Origin: Candidatus Syntropharchaeum caldarium | Lineage (GTDB): Archaea > Halobacteriota > Syntropharchaeia > Syntropharchaeales > Syntropharchaeaceae | DNA: 32,000 nt | Assembly: GCA_001766815.1 (NCBI GenBank) | Contig: LYOS01000004.1 | Span: 73,610-105,609 of the forward strand | Direction of reading: 5' to 3' | Part shown: piece by piece, positions 24,437 through 32,000 of the stretch | How positions within the stretch are numbered: position 1 is the first letter of the stretch | How the letters are laid out: each line of letters starts with the position of its first letter | Made by a program: the position numbers and the translations under genes | The notes under the pieces: model-generated | Database searches by the model: none | The model's input: only the letters and a program-made list of their open reading frames with translations | What the model was told of the DNA's origin: nothing

Positions 24437-25561
24437 CTATTTTACCTGTACTTCCGATAATACCACTCTGTACAATTCAAGCGTCCTATCAGCGATATTA
24501 CTCCATGAAAATTCCTTTGCTTTTTCATATCCCGCTTCTCCCATTTTTTTCCGCAGTTCTTTATCCTCTAAAAGAGCGGTTACTCTTTCTGCCAGATCTT
24601 CTATATTACCACATTCGAACAATAACCCGGTCTCCCCATCTTCGACTATGTAGGGTATCCCCCCAACATTTGATGCAACCACTGGTTTGCCACATGCCAT
24701 TGCCTCCAATAACACTATACCAAAAGGCTCCTCTAAGGACGGTACTACACACAAATCAGTGGACTTATAATATGACCACTTATCATCTTCTGAGACAAAA
24801 CCTAAGAATGTTACGTTCTCTTCTATATCCAATTTTTTTACAAGGTGTTTTAATTCACCCTCTTCTTCTCCGATTCCTGCGATATACAGGTGAACATTGG
24901 GTATTGAACTCACGACAAATGAAATTGATTTTATTAATATATCAACACCTTTTATTTTTTCAAGTCGTCCAACAAAAAGAATGGATGGGTGTGCCATATC
25001 TCTTTGCATCAGGACGCTGTTTTGGATTTTCTCAACAGCCACACCATTCGGAATCACACACATTTTATCTTTCATATCAACATGGAACTCCACCATATGT
25101 GGAGATGGGACAATGACCTGCTCTGCTTTTCTCACCAGTCGTTTTTCGAGGTATGGCTCGGTTTTTAATGATACATACCTTTTTAACGATTGCGGTAAAC
25201 GATACTCAAGTTCTTCAGTAAGATTCGAATGGAGGGTTAATATGAAGGGATATCTCTTCAATAACGAGACTGCTATGTAATAGTATCTCGCATATCCCTG
25301 AATATGTACAATATCTGGATTTATCTCTATTATCTTCTTCTTAAATAACAAGGGATAATAAAAATAGGTTGCACCTCTAAAATTTGCTCTTTTTATGAAA
25401 TGTATGGTAGCTCCAAACTGGTTTGTTATAATATTTTCATCCCCTATTGATATTATATGCAGGTCAACATCAGGACTTTTGGTGATTTGTGTTGCTATAT
25501 TCTTTGCATGTGTGTAAACGCCGCTTTCCTCTCCCAGATATGTTAGCATTGCTACTTTCAT
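24437..25561 (-). CDS. Family 4 (GT-B) glycosyltransferase
   Basis: 374 aa. The N-terminus is MKVAMLT. The E-x7-E region is EPFGIVLLEAMACGKPVVASNVGGIPYIVEDGETG. The ATG overlaps the upstream stop by 1 nt (TGATG). Confidence 0.85.
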   Translation of the reverse strand: MKVAMLTYLGEESGVYTHAKNIATQITKSPDVDLHIISIGDENIITNQFGATIHFIKRANFRGATYFYYPLLFKKKIIEINPDIVHIQGYARYYYIAVSLLKRYPFILTLHSNLTEELEYRLPQSLKRYVSLKTEPYLEKRLVRKAEQVIVPSPHMVEFHVDMKDKMCVIPNGVAVEKIQNSVLMQRDMAHPSILFVGRLEKIKGVDILIKSISFVVSSIPNVHLYIAGIGEEEGELKHLVKKLDIEENVTFLGFVSEDDKWSYYKSTDLCVVPSLEEPFGIVLLEAMACGKPVVASNVGGIPYIVEDGETGLLFECGNIEDLAERVTALLEDKELRKKMGEAGYEKAKEFSWSNIADRTLELYRVVLSEVQVK

Positions 25562-26727
25562 CAGGTCACCTCGAAAAGGTCAGAATACACTTCTTCGATC
25601 CTTCGCACGATCGTTTCTTGCGAATATTCTTTGCTTCGTTCCATACTCACTTTCGAATAGTGAGCTTTCTGCCCCTCGTTTTTAAGTAACTGTACAATTT
25701 CCCGTGCCAGACCCTTCACGTCCCCCGCTTTTACTAATACCCCATACTTCCCACCACCAAGTGCTTCGACATTGGGTTCGATATCAAACGCAACAACAGG
25801 CAAACCAGCACTCATTGCTTCAAGTAACGCCATCGGCATCCCCTCTCGTAATGATGGAAAAACAAAAATCTCACTTCTTGAGTATATGTCAACCAACATA
25901 TCCTCACCAAGATGTCCTTCGAAGGTCACATTGTCTTCCAGACCGTATCTGGAAACTAACTGCTTCAGATGCTGCATCAAATCACCAGTTCCTGCGATAG
26001 ACAATCTGACTTCAGGTATCTCTTTTCTCACATAGCATAGTGATTTAATGAGATGCTCAATACCCTTTAATCTATCCAACCGACCCACAAAAAGAACACG
26101 GTTATTATCTTTTTCCGCTTTGCTGCAGTAACTTCTCATGATGAAACTGGGTATGACCTCGATCAGTTTTGGGTGGATTTCCCGTTCCATCACATCTTTC
26201 ATCACCCTGCTGAGCGCAATGATGCTATCGCTTTGTCTAACTATCTTAGTAAAGAACCAATCATCAAGAAGAACTGGTAGCCGTCTTCTACCCTCACTAT
26301 GTGGAAGTGTCGTTCTTGTGTATACTGCCTTCACCTTCATGATTTTTGCTGCCGCTATCGCGCCGGCAGCAAACCGATATCTCGTGGCAATAACATGAAC
26401 AACATCAGGATTGAATCTTCTTATAAATTTCAATGTATAAATGAAGGATAAAATATCGATGCTGTAGCCATAAAATTTCGCCGGTGCTTTAAATATATAT
26501 GTATTCAATCCATCCAGTTCATTAAAGCCTGTTTCACCTTTATCCATGGTAGCAGATAGAACCATAACTTCATATCCATCGTTCTGCAGTTGCTTTGCAA
26601 GTCCATATACATATCGCTCTGTTCCGCCCGGGATAACAATTTTCCCATTATCTTCCGAAACAAACCACTGTCCAACAAGCAATATTTTCAACAGTATGAC
26701 CCCCGTTTCTTGACTTGCAAATGTCAC
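25561..26727 (-). CDS. Family 4 (GT-B) glycosyltransferase
   Basis: EGMPMALLEAMSAGLPVVAFDIEPNVEAL and RLDRLKGIEHLI are present. A likelier start is TTG 26691, giving MKILLVGQ with GGGGGT upstream. Confidence 0.85.
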   Translation of the reverse strand: MTFASQETGVILLKILLVGQWFVSEDNGKIVIPGGTERYVYGLAKQLQNDGYEVMVLSATMDKGETGFNELDGLNTYIFKAPAKFYGYSIDILSFIYTLKFIRRFNPDVVHVIATRYRFAAGAIAAAKIMKVKAVYTRTTLPHSEGRRRLPVLLDDWFFTKIVRQSDSIIALSRVMKDVMEREIHPKLIEVIPSFIMRSYCSKAEKDNNRVLFVGRLDRLKGIEHLIKSLCYVRKEIPEVRLSIAGTGDLMQHLKQLVSRYGLEDNVTFEGHLGEDMLVDIYSRSEIFVFPSLREGMPMALLEAMSAGLPVVAFDIEPNVEALGGGKYGVLVKAGDVKGLAREIVQLLKNEGQKAHYSKVSMERSKEYSQETIVRRIEEVYSDLFEVT

Positions 26728-26737
26728 CTTCTAAACG

Positions 26738-28306
26738 TTAATTTAACAGCCATATATTAACATCTCCGTTATCATATATACAATTCTTTTCGTCGTATGC
26801 AAGATGAAGCAGCTTTGAGGGGGGGCGCCCATGGTTCCATATAATGTTGCCATAAGCTCTTTTATTTTCCACAAAATAAGTGATATCGAACTTTAATGGA
26901 GATTTATGCAATAAGTTAATCTCTCCCCAGAGGGCCTCTCCTGGATCGGGTCCTTTATATCCACTGAACCAGAAATCTTCAGACGTCAGCGGATATCGCT
27001 TAAATTCTGAGATATTGATGCTGATATAGCCGTATATCTGATCGGCGTATGTGGATGAAGTGAGAAGGTGCATCGTCTCAGATGTCGCGAATATTCTCGC
27101 ACCGAAGATTTCATCGTTTGATATAGCAGAACCATTTACAATATTCTCTTTCATCCATCTACCAGTCATATAGGTTGATTCTTCAACATACCGTTCGTTT
27201 ATTGGCTTTACGCCGTCTTCAGGCAGGAAATGTATAAACTGATAGTAACCAGAAAAGATGATGCATAACAGCAGAAAAATGGAAAATAAAGGCAGTGTAT
27301 GTTTTTGTTTTTCCGATATTCTTAGAATATTTAACAAACCTGTACCCGCAAGAAGGACTGCAAATATCGGCAGGAACCACTTCATGTACGTCTGTTCATA
27401 TACAAAAGTGGTGAGCAGTATTAATGTCAATAGCAGAAACCATTCTCCAAATCTTTTGTCTTGCTTAAATATTAGGTATGCCAGGCCTCCGGCGGCAGGG
27501 ATGATCAATAATCCAAGGTATCTTACATAACTCACATCTATTGATGCATATCTCGAGTGTTCGATGAAACGACCAGTAAAGAAAGGTATCGAAAACATAA
27601 AGAGGAAAGCGCCAATAGTGATAAATGGGGTGACATAAGGAGCAGAAGTTAAAGATGAGATTTTTTCTGAGAATTTTGTATTGATATGATTTTCCAATTT
27701 ACTATAAAGAACAATAATAAAATATGCAAAGAACGCAGGAATGAGGAAATAGAATAAATGATGCGTTGCCAACAGGAATATCGCTAAAAGGAGGGTTAAA
27801 GGAACGTATTTGAGGGATGTACGGCACTTTAACAATAGATACACGAGCAATGGCGCCAGTACTATCAGAGGTCCCCGTGTTGGTATCGTCCAAGTGGTAT
27901 ATCCCAGTACTGCAGGTGTGGTGGAAAAACCAAATGCCACTAAAAATTTGAAAAGGTCGTCATCTACAATCTTCCCTGCCATCAAATAGGCGGTAAACAT
28001 ACTCAGTAGCCCGATAAAAATACAGTACAAAAATATCACCCACCTCATCTCCATTCCTGAACATTGTGAGATACCAGAAAGGAGAAATTGCATCGTACTC
28101 GAATATGAAGCAGGATAAAGTCCAAATATCGACAATGGATGAAGGAACCATCTGGCATATCCAAACTCGTTTATTGAGTTTGTCATTATGTGCATCAAAA
28201 CCGAATCGGGATATACCTCGTGAGGTACGACTTGAAACCGCAGGATAATGTTTAAAGCTAAAAGAAGTACAAATAACCCAGGTTTTATTTTATTGGATAA
28301 CTTCAT
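26738..28306 (-). CDS. Polytopic membrane protein with a ~170-aa C-terminal soluble domain; GT-C-like glycosyltransferase or glycan polymerase candidate
   Basis: 522 aa with about 11-13 hydrophobic helices, then a hydrophilic tail (PEDGVKPINERYVEE...). There is no WWDYG motif, so it is not a canonical AglB. The call rests on architecture and context only. Confidence 0.4.
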   Translation of the reverse strand: MKLSNKIKPGLFVLLLALNIILRFQVVPHEVYPDSVLMHIMTNSINEFGYARWFLHPLSIFGLYPASYSSTMQFLLSGISQCSGMEMRWVIFLYCIFIGLLSMFTAYLMAGKIVDDDLFKFLVAFGFSTTPAVLGYTTWTIPTRGPLIVLAPLLVYLLLKCRTSLKYVPLTLLLAIFLLATHHLFYFLIPAFFAYFIIVLYSKLENHINTKFSEKISSLTSAPYVTPFITIGAFLFMFSIPFFTGRFIEHSRYASIDVSYVRYLGLLIIPAAGGLAYLIFKQDKRFGEWFLLLTLILLTTFVYEQTYMKWFLPIFAVLLAGTGLLNILRISEKQKHTLPLFSIFLLLCIIFSGYYQFIHFLPEDGVKPINERYVEESTYMTGRWMKENIVNGSAISNDEIFGARIFATSETMHLLTSSTYADQIYGYISINISEFKRYPLTSEDFWFSGYKGPDPGEALWGEINLLHKSPLKFDITYFVENKRAYGNIIWNHGRPPSKLLHLAYDEKNCIYDNGDVNIWLLN

Positions 28307-29223
28307 TGGTCTCTCAGCTTGAACAGACGGAGCTTATTAATGTTCTTCCACTTGTTCCAAAACTTGTTCCAAAAATATTTTCTAACTTCTTCATCATCTA
28401 CCTGTTCTTTTCTTTTCATTACACTACCAAGATAACCTGCCAAATACGCAATTCCGACATACCACGGTTCTTTTCCTCTCCTATGGAGTAAATAAATCAC
28501 AGTTTTAACAAAAACATGAAATGGATGAAGATTTAAATAATGAGCACCTGTACCTTTGTGCATATATCCTTTCCAGTACCCTTCAGCACTACTGACACCT
28601 CTTATTTCAGTTGCTATATTCTCTTCAAATCTCCTTGTTTTCCAACCCCTCAATTGTGCTTTTGCCTTCAGCACACTGTCCCATGAATACGATACAGGGA
28701 TACCTCCACATTTCTCAAAACATTCTCTCTTTATCAGCATATCACCACCAGAAGGTTCATCCTCTGGTAGCCCTTCTATGTGTACCATTTGATCACCAAC
28801 TGGAAGCTTGATACCCCCACTCGCAACACCCAGTTCAGGATCTCTCTCAAACTCTTTTATTAGATTCTCAAAGAACGTCCTGTCCAATGTTAGATCGCCG
28901 TCAACATTAGCTAAATATTCATAATCAATCCCGTTTTTATTGCAATGTTCAATTGCAAAATCAAAACCAGTTCTGACCACCTTCGCTAAGTGCAATCCCA
29001 GATCTCTTTTATCACTATTCATTTGAATGCTTTCAATCCAATCATAATTTTTCTTGGCTTCTCTAATTATATCAGGCGTGTTGTCTGTGCTTCCATCATC
29101 CACAATAACCCATAACACGGGTTTTAATGTTTGAGATGCTATGGACCGGATAAGATCTGGCAAATTAACTCCTTCGTTCTTAACCGGCGTAACAATGAGA
29201 TAGTTCTTTTGAGAGTCTGTCAT
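28303..29223 (-). CDS. Family 2 glycosyltransferase with a C-terminal membrane helix
   Basis: YLIVTPVKNEGVNLPDLIRSIASQT, VIVDDGSTDNT and NVDGD are present. I prefer ATG 29223 (MTDSQKNYLIV) because the track start at 29301 would overlap the upstream gene by 41 nt. Confidence 0.8.
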   Translation of the reverse strand: MTDSQKNYLIVTPVKNEGVNLPDLIRSIASQTLKPVLWVIVDDGSTDNTPDIIREAKKNYDWIESIQMNSDKRDLGLHLAKVVRTGFDFAIEHCNKNGIDYEYLANVDGDLTLDRTFFENLIKEFERDPELGVASGGIKLPVGDQMVHIEGLPEDEPSGGDMLIKRECFEKCGGIPVSYSWDSVLKAKAQLRGWKTRRFEENIATEIRGVSSAEGYWKGYMHKGTGAHYLNLHPFHVFVKTVIYLLHRRGKEPWYVGIAYLAGYLGSVMKRKEQVDDEEVRKYFWNKFWNKWKNINKLRLFKLRDQ

Positions 29224-29260
29224 ATTCCTTGTGTCCACTCCAAAGAGCCATAATTTACTT

Positions 29261-29875
29261 TTACCATCTGAACAACCTCGCAACCTCGAACGCCTCTGCA
29301 AATTCCACGCCCATGGTGTACCCCCTCGCTTTCGCCAGACCTATGATTGCCTCTTTTTCCATGTATTCCTTCTTGTTCTGTGAAACGTATTCTCCTATAC
29401 ACCTCAATTTATCTTCAAATACCTCGCTAACGTCACTGAATGCCGCTGGTCTAAATTCTATTGTGGTTGAGGGCGTTTCATATAAGAGAATAGCATTCTT
29501 CATCCGACGTGAGGCAGATAAGGTGGATTTCGCAATATTCGCATGATCCTGATGAAAGTCCTTGGGAGAGTGGACATACACTATCTCAGGTTCAAGTTCT
29601 TTTATATGCTCATCTAACAGACTGACTGTGTCTCCATCATGCATTATCATTGTGTCAGGCAGATTTAAGAAGTGAACATTCTCAACTTCCATTAACTTCG
29701 CTGCAGCCATCACTTCAGACTTTCTTCTATCTGCATCTCCACTTTTCTCTCCAAGGGATGCAACGACATAACAGACTTTATCGCCATTCAAAACATGTTT
29801 CCTGATCGTGCCCCCACATCCAAGTTCTATATCGTCTGGATGTGCCCCAATCGCAAGAATATTTCTATTTTTCAT
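29261..29875 (-). CDS. PIG-L / LmbE-family N-acetylglucosaminyl deacetylase
   Basis: 204 aa. ILAIGAHPDDIELGCGG (AHPDD.E) is present, with a downstream HQDH metal-binding motif. Confidence 0.85.
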   Translation of the reverse strand: MKNRNILAIGAHPDDIELGCGGTIRKHVLNGDKVCYVVASLGEKSGDADRRKSEVMAAAKLMEVENVHFLNLPDTMIMHDGDTVSLLDEHIKELEPEIVYVHSPKDFHQDHANIAKSTLSASRRMKNAILLYETPSTTIEFRPAAFSDVSEVFEDKLRCIGEYVSQNKKEYMEKEAIIGLAKARGYTMGVEFAEAFEVARLFRW

Positions 29876-29889
29876 CCATAACCCTTTTA

Positions 29890-30561
29890 TTAAGGCATCT
29901 TGCCCACATTGAACAATGCATCTATCGCCGCCATATCTGGTTCAAAGCCTTCATAACGCTGTTTATAAACGGGATGTTTAAAATCCTGAAATACCACTTT
30001 TATGCCTTTCTTCTGGAATAACGAGGTATCAAGATAATTGCGCCCCGCAGCTCCAGAGAGATATGTATCCCCCCCTAATGCCTCAACCATCTCTACCAGC
30101 CGCTCAGTGGATCTGGATGTAAAGCCTAACTCGCTGGAAAGTCCTATTTCTGTCTTTATATCAAATGCTTTTTTCAGAAAGTTTATCAGTTCCATGTTCA
30201 GCTCAACCAGTTTATCATATCTTTTCTCATAAATCTTCTTCAGTTCGTCTGCATACTCGCTGTAATAAGCCGCACCCTTGTAATTGTCCTCGATATCTTT
30301 GAAATGTGCATCCGCCCATCCCAATCCTTTCCATGTGCTCACTTCGTTTTTTATCCTTATCTCGTTTATCGGTAGATGTTTCTTCTCAACCGGTACTGTG
30401 AGCCATTTCCAGCCATTATGTATTCTGATTCTATTGCGATGCTGGAAATCACTTTTGTTGAACTGTGCGTCATCGTAGATCACGAATAGATCTGATTTTT
30501 TCATCTTGTCAAAGAATCCCAGATATGGGAGGTAATTGGGCTGGTGGATTGCGATGATCAT
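29890..30561 (-). CDS. WbqC-family protein (glycan-cluster protein of unknown function)
   Basis: 223 aa. The N-terminus MIIAIHQPNYLPYLGFFDKM...FVIYDDAQF is the WbqC-like signature as I remember it. Confidence 0.75.
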   Translation of the reverse strand: MIIAIHQPNYLPYLGFFDKMKKSDLFVIYDDAQFNKSDFQHRNRIRIHNGWKWLTVPVEKKHLPINEIRIKNEVSTWKGLGWADAHFKDIEDNYKGAAYYSEYADELKKIYEKRYDKLVELNMELINFLKKAFDIKTEIGLSSELGFTSRSTERLVEMVEALGGDTYLSGAAGRNYLDTSLFQKKGIKVVFQDFKHPVYKQRYEGFEPDMAAIDALFNVGKMP

Positions 30562-30568
30562 TTACATA

Positions 30569-30910
30569 TTACCCATTTTGTAGCTCTTGTGAGGATGTTC
30601 CGCAATTGCTTTTGGCACTAAAAAATTCGATTCTTTTTGGTTTTGAAGCCCTATTTGCATTTCTTTTCTTCCATTTTTGAATTGTTGGACAGCCTCTTGT
30701 ATTTGTGAAAACTCTGTGTATAATCATCTATAAATTCCGTCATAAACTCTGTAACATCTATTTTTTTCATTAAGCAATTTCTCTTTTTTACTCTTCTAGA
30801 CGTGTTTTTTTTTTGGATAAAAATACGAGTGCTTTATTTATGCCCTTACCTGACTCATCATAAATAAAAATTAGACCATACCTTTCTTCCAGAACAATAA
30901 AATTACCCAT
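30569..30910 (-). pseudogene. Three short overlapping or adjacent ORFs (40, 39 and 52 aa) in different frames; either a frameshift-disrupted gene or small proteins
   Basis: ORF-A 30788-30910 is MGNFIVLEERYGLIFIYDESGKGINKALVFLSKKKTRLEE, and its ATG overlaps the PHP gene stop. ORF-B 30651-30770 is MKKIDVTEFMTEFIDDYTQSFHKYKRLSNNSKMEEKKCK. ORF-C 30569-30727 is MIIHRVFTNTRGCPTIQKWKKRNANRASKPKRIEFFSAKSNCGTSSQELQNG. The A10 run (T10 at 30805-30814 on plus) lies in ORF-A. One extra A would fuse A to B. Confidence 0.3.
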
Positions 30911-31538
30911 TTAACTCACCCTTTAACTCATTAATACAATGGATATCGCTACCCCTGACTAATCTAACATTATATCTTCTCGCTACACTTATCCAATTTT
31001 CTGAAGGAACACTATATTTTCCATTTATCTCGAGCAAAACCTCTTGTTTCCACATCGACTTAAAAATTTTAATTAACTCCTTTTCAGACAATTCTAAACC
31101 GTGTTTAGTTAAAAATGCCCCTGGGTGTGCCCAAGCATTAACATATCTATTTCTCAAAACACTATTTAGACTTTCTATATACATATCAATATCTTCAGGA
31201 AAAGAATGAAAGGCGAATATCGAATAATCAACTTCTTTTAAAATCCACTCTTCAACATCGAACCCCCCGTTCGGTAAAACTTTTGCTTCACATCCAGATA
31301 ATATTATTAGATTGAACTCTTCTCTTGCTTTTTCAATATCGTCTAAAAATTGATTGAAATCGTAATACACGTGATTCGTATTTTTTCTAACGTGCTCTGT
31401 AAAGGCAACTAAAGGGATTTTCAATTCTATAGCTTTTTTACAATATTCGGATACACTATTTTTGCCATCTGTATAGTTTGTGTGGATATGCCATTCTCCT
31501 TTCAATAGATAGTTGGTATACTTCTTCCAGATTTTCAT
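30903..31538 (-). CDS. PHP-domain metal-dependent phosphoesterase (histidinol-phosphatase-like)
   Basis: 211 aa. GEWHIHTNYTDG and VAFTEH are present, with later His/Asp positions (FAFHS, WAHPG, GSDIH). ATGA-type overlap with the ATP-grasp gene. Confidence 0.7.
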   Translation of the reverse strand: MKIWKKYTNYLLKGEWHIHTNYTDGKNSVSEYCKKAIELKIPLVAFTEHVRKNTNHVYYDFNQFLDDIEKAREEFNLIILSGCEAKVLPNGGFDVEEWILKEVDYSIFAFHSFPEDIDMYIESLNSVLRNRYVNAWAHPGAFLTKHGLELSEKELIKIFKSMWKQEVLLEINGKYSVPSENWISVARRYNVRLVRGSDIHCINELKGELNG

Positions 31539-32000
31539 AATCTCCCCAAAATCGTTGCTTCATTCACTCTGATACCCCCCCAATACCTCATTATTCTTGT
31601 TCCCCACACAATATCAAACTCAGGAACTTCTTCCCCTAATGCATATTTAACCGCTCCATAAATGATGTTTGCTCCTGCAAATGTCGCCAAAACCATAGTC
31701 CCCTGGATTCTTGGATTCGATTCTAAAAGTTTTGGTACATTATTTTCGTCTAATTTAAATTGGAAACCGTAAGCATATCTTAAGTCTAGTGCTTCACTTA
31801 ATCTTTCAGAATATTCAATTATCTCTTCATTTTTCTCGACAGTTCCGTTAAAAGTTATCCCATACTTTATTAAATCTCTTTTTCTTGGAATTACTGTAAG
31901 AGACTCGGTGTTTAACACATCGACAGTATATTCCTTATTGGGTAAATATTCCATAACTAATAAGCGAGGGAATGAAGGTCCCAAAATCTCTTTTAAATTA
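31535..32000 (-). CDS. ATP-grasp domain ligase, C-terminal part; the 5' end lies outside the window
   Basis: The frame is open to base 32000. LVMEYLPNKEYTVDVL, IPRKRD, YGFQFKLDENNVPKLLESNPRIQGT is typical of ATP-grasp C-terminal halves. Confidence 0.7.
   Translation of the reverse strand, partial: NLKEILGPSFPRLLVMEYLPNKEYTVDVLNTESLTVIPRKRDLIKYGITFNGTVEKNEEIIEYSERLSEALDLRYAYGFQFKLDENNVPKLLESNPRIQGTMVLATFAGANIIYGAVKYALGEEVPEFDIVWGTRIMRYWGGIRVNEATILGRL

Noticed and set aside
24415-25116. A 233-aa plus-strand ORF antisense to the GT4 gene
   Set aside because: It is entirely contained opposite a well-supported GT4 coding sequence. It has a Leu/Pro/His/Gln-rich low-information composition with no motifs, which is a typical shadow ORF.
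26738-28306. Calling the 522-aa membrane protein the oligosaccharyltransferase AglB
   Set aside because: The diagnostic WWDYG motif is absent, and at 522 aa it is short for an AglB. It is kept only as a generic GT-C-like or polymerase candidate.
1-32000. CRISPR arrays, IS elements, integrases, toxin-antitoxin or known defence-system genes
   Set aside because: Reading the ORF translations and the intergenic regions by eye, I found no regularly spaced direct repeats, no transposase/integrase/nuclease-helicase-type ORFs and no terminal inverted repeats. A computational repeat search would be needed to exclude short degenerate repeats.

Overview
This is an archaeal chromosomal segment, most likely from a methanogen or ANME-type, Methanosarcinales-like euryarchaeon. 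The supporting markers are the MCR-activation component atwA, two archaeal purP genes, a CTP-type riboflavin kinase fused to an HTH domain, the RFC large subunit, a mevalonate kinase that matches Methanosarcina Mvk as I remember it, and an intron-containing tRNA-Tyr with a C1-G72 pair. Bases 1 to about 20.3 kb are densely packed housekeeping genes, many joined by 4-nt start/stop overlaps. Hand counts on sampled 60-nt lines give about 50-55% GC here. The genes are cofD, two radical SAM enzymes, a TtuA-type thiolase, a TrmB-GT2-UbiA module, purF/purP/purP/purQ, mvk, rfcL, ribB, ribK-HTH, atwA, nifB, pheS and four tRNAs. From about 20.4 kb to the window end, sampled lines drop to about 32-42% GC. 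The content there switches to a cell-surface glycan island: a beta-helix surface protein with about 38 N-glycosylation sequons, a Wzx-type flippase, two GT4s, a GT-C-like membrane protein, a GT2, a PIG-L deacetylase, WbqC, a PHP phosphoesterase and an ATP-grasp ligase. I saw no CRISPR array, transposase, integrase, rRNA or recognisable defence system. The observations most worth follow-up are: (1) tRNA-Val/tRNA-Phe/pheS with only 2 nt between tRNA-Phe and the pheS ATG; (2) a Tes-like radical SAM gene whose conserved CxxC knuckle and Shine-Dalgarno lie upstream of the first canonical start codon; (3) a translationally coupled cofD / atypical radical SAM / PP-loop thiolase trio; (4) a TrmB / processive GT2 / UbiA module; (5) a candidate RbkR operator; (6) a tRNA-Arg(CCU) with a G3:U70 pair; (7) a deacetylase plus ATP-grasp sugar-modification module containing a homopolymer-disrupted ORF.
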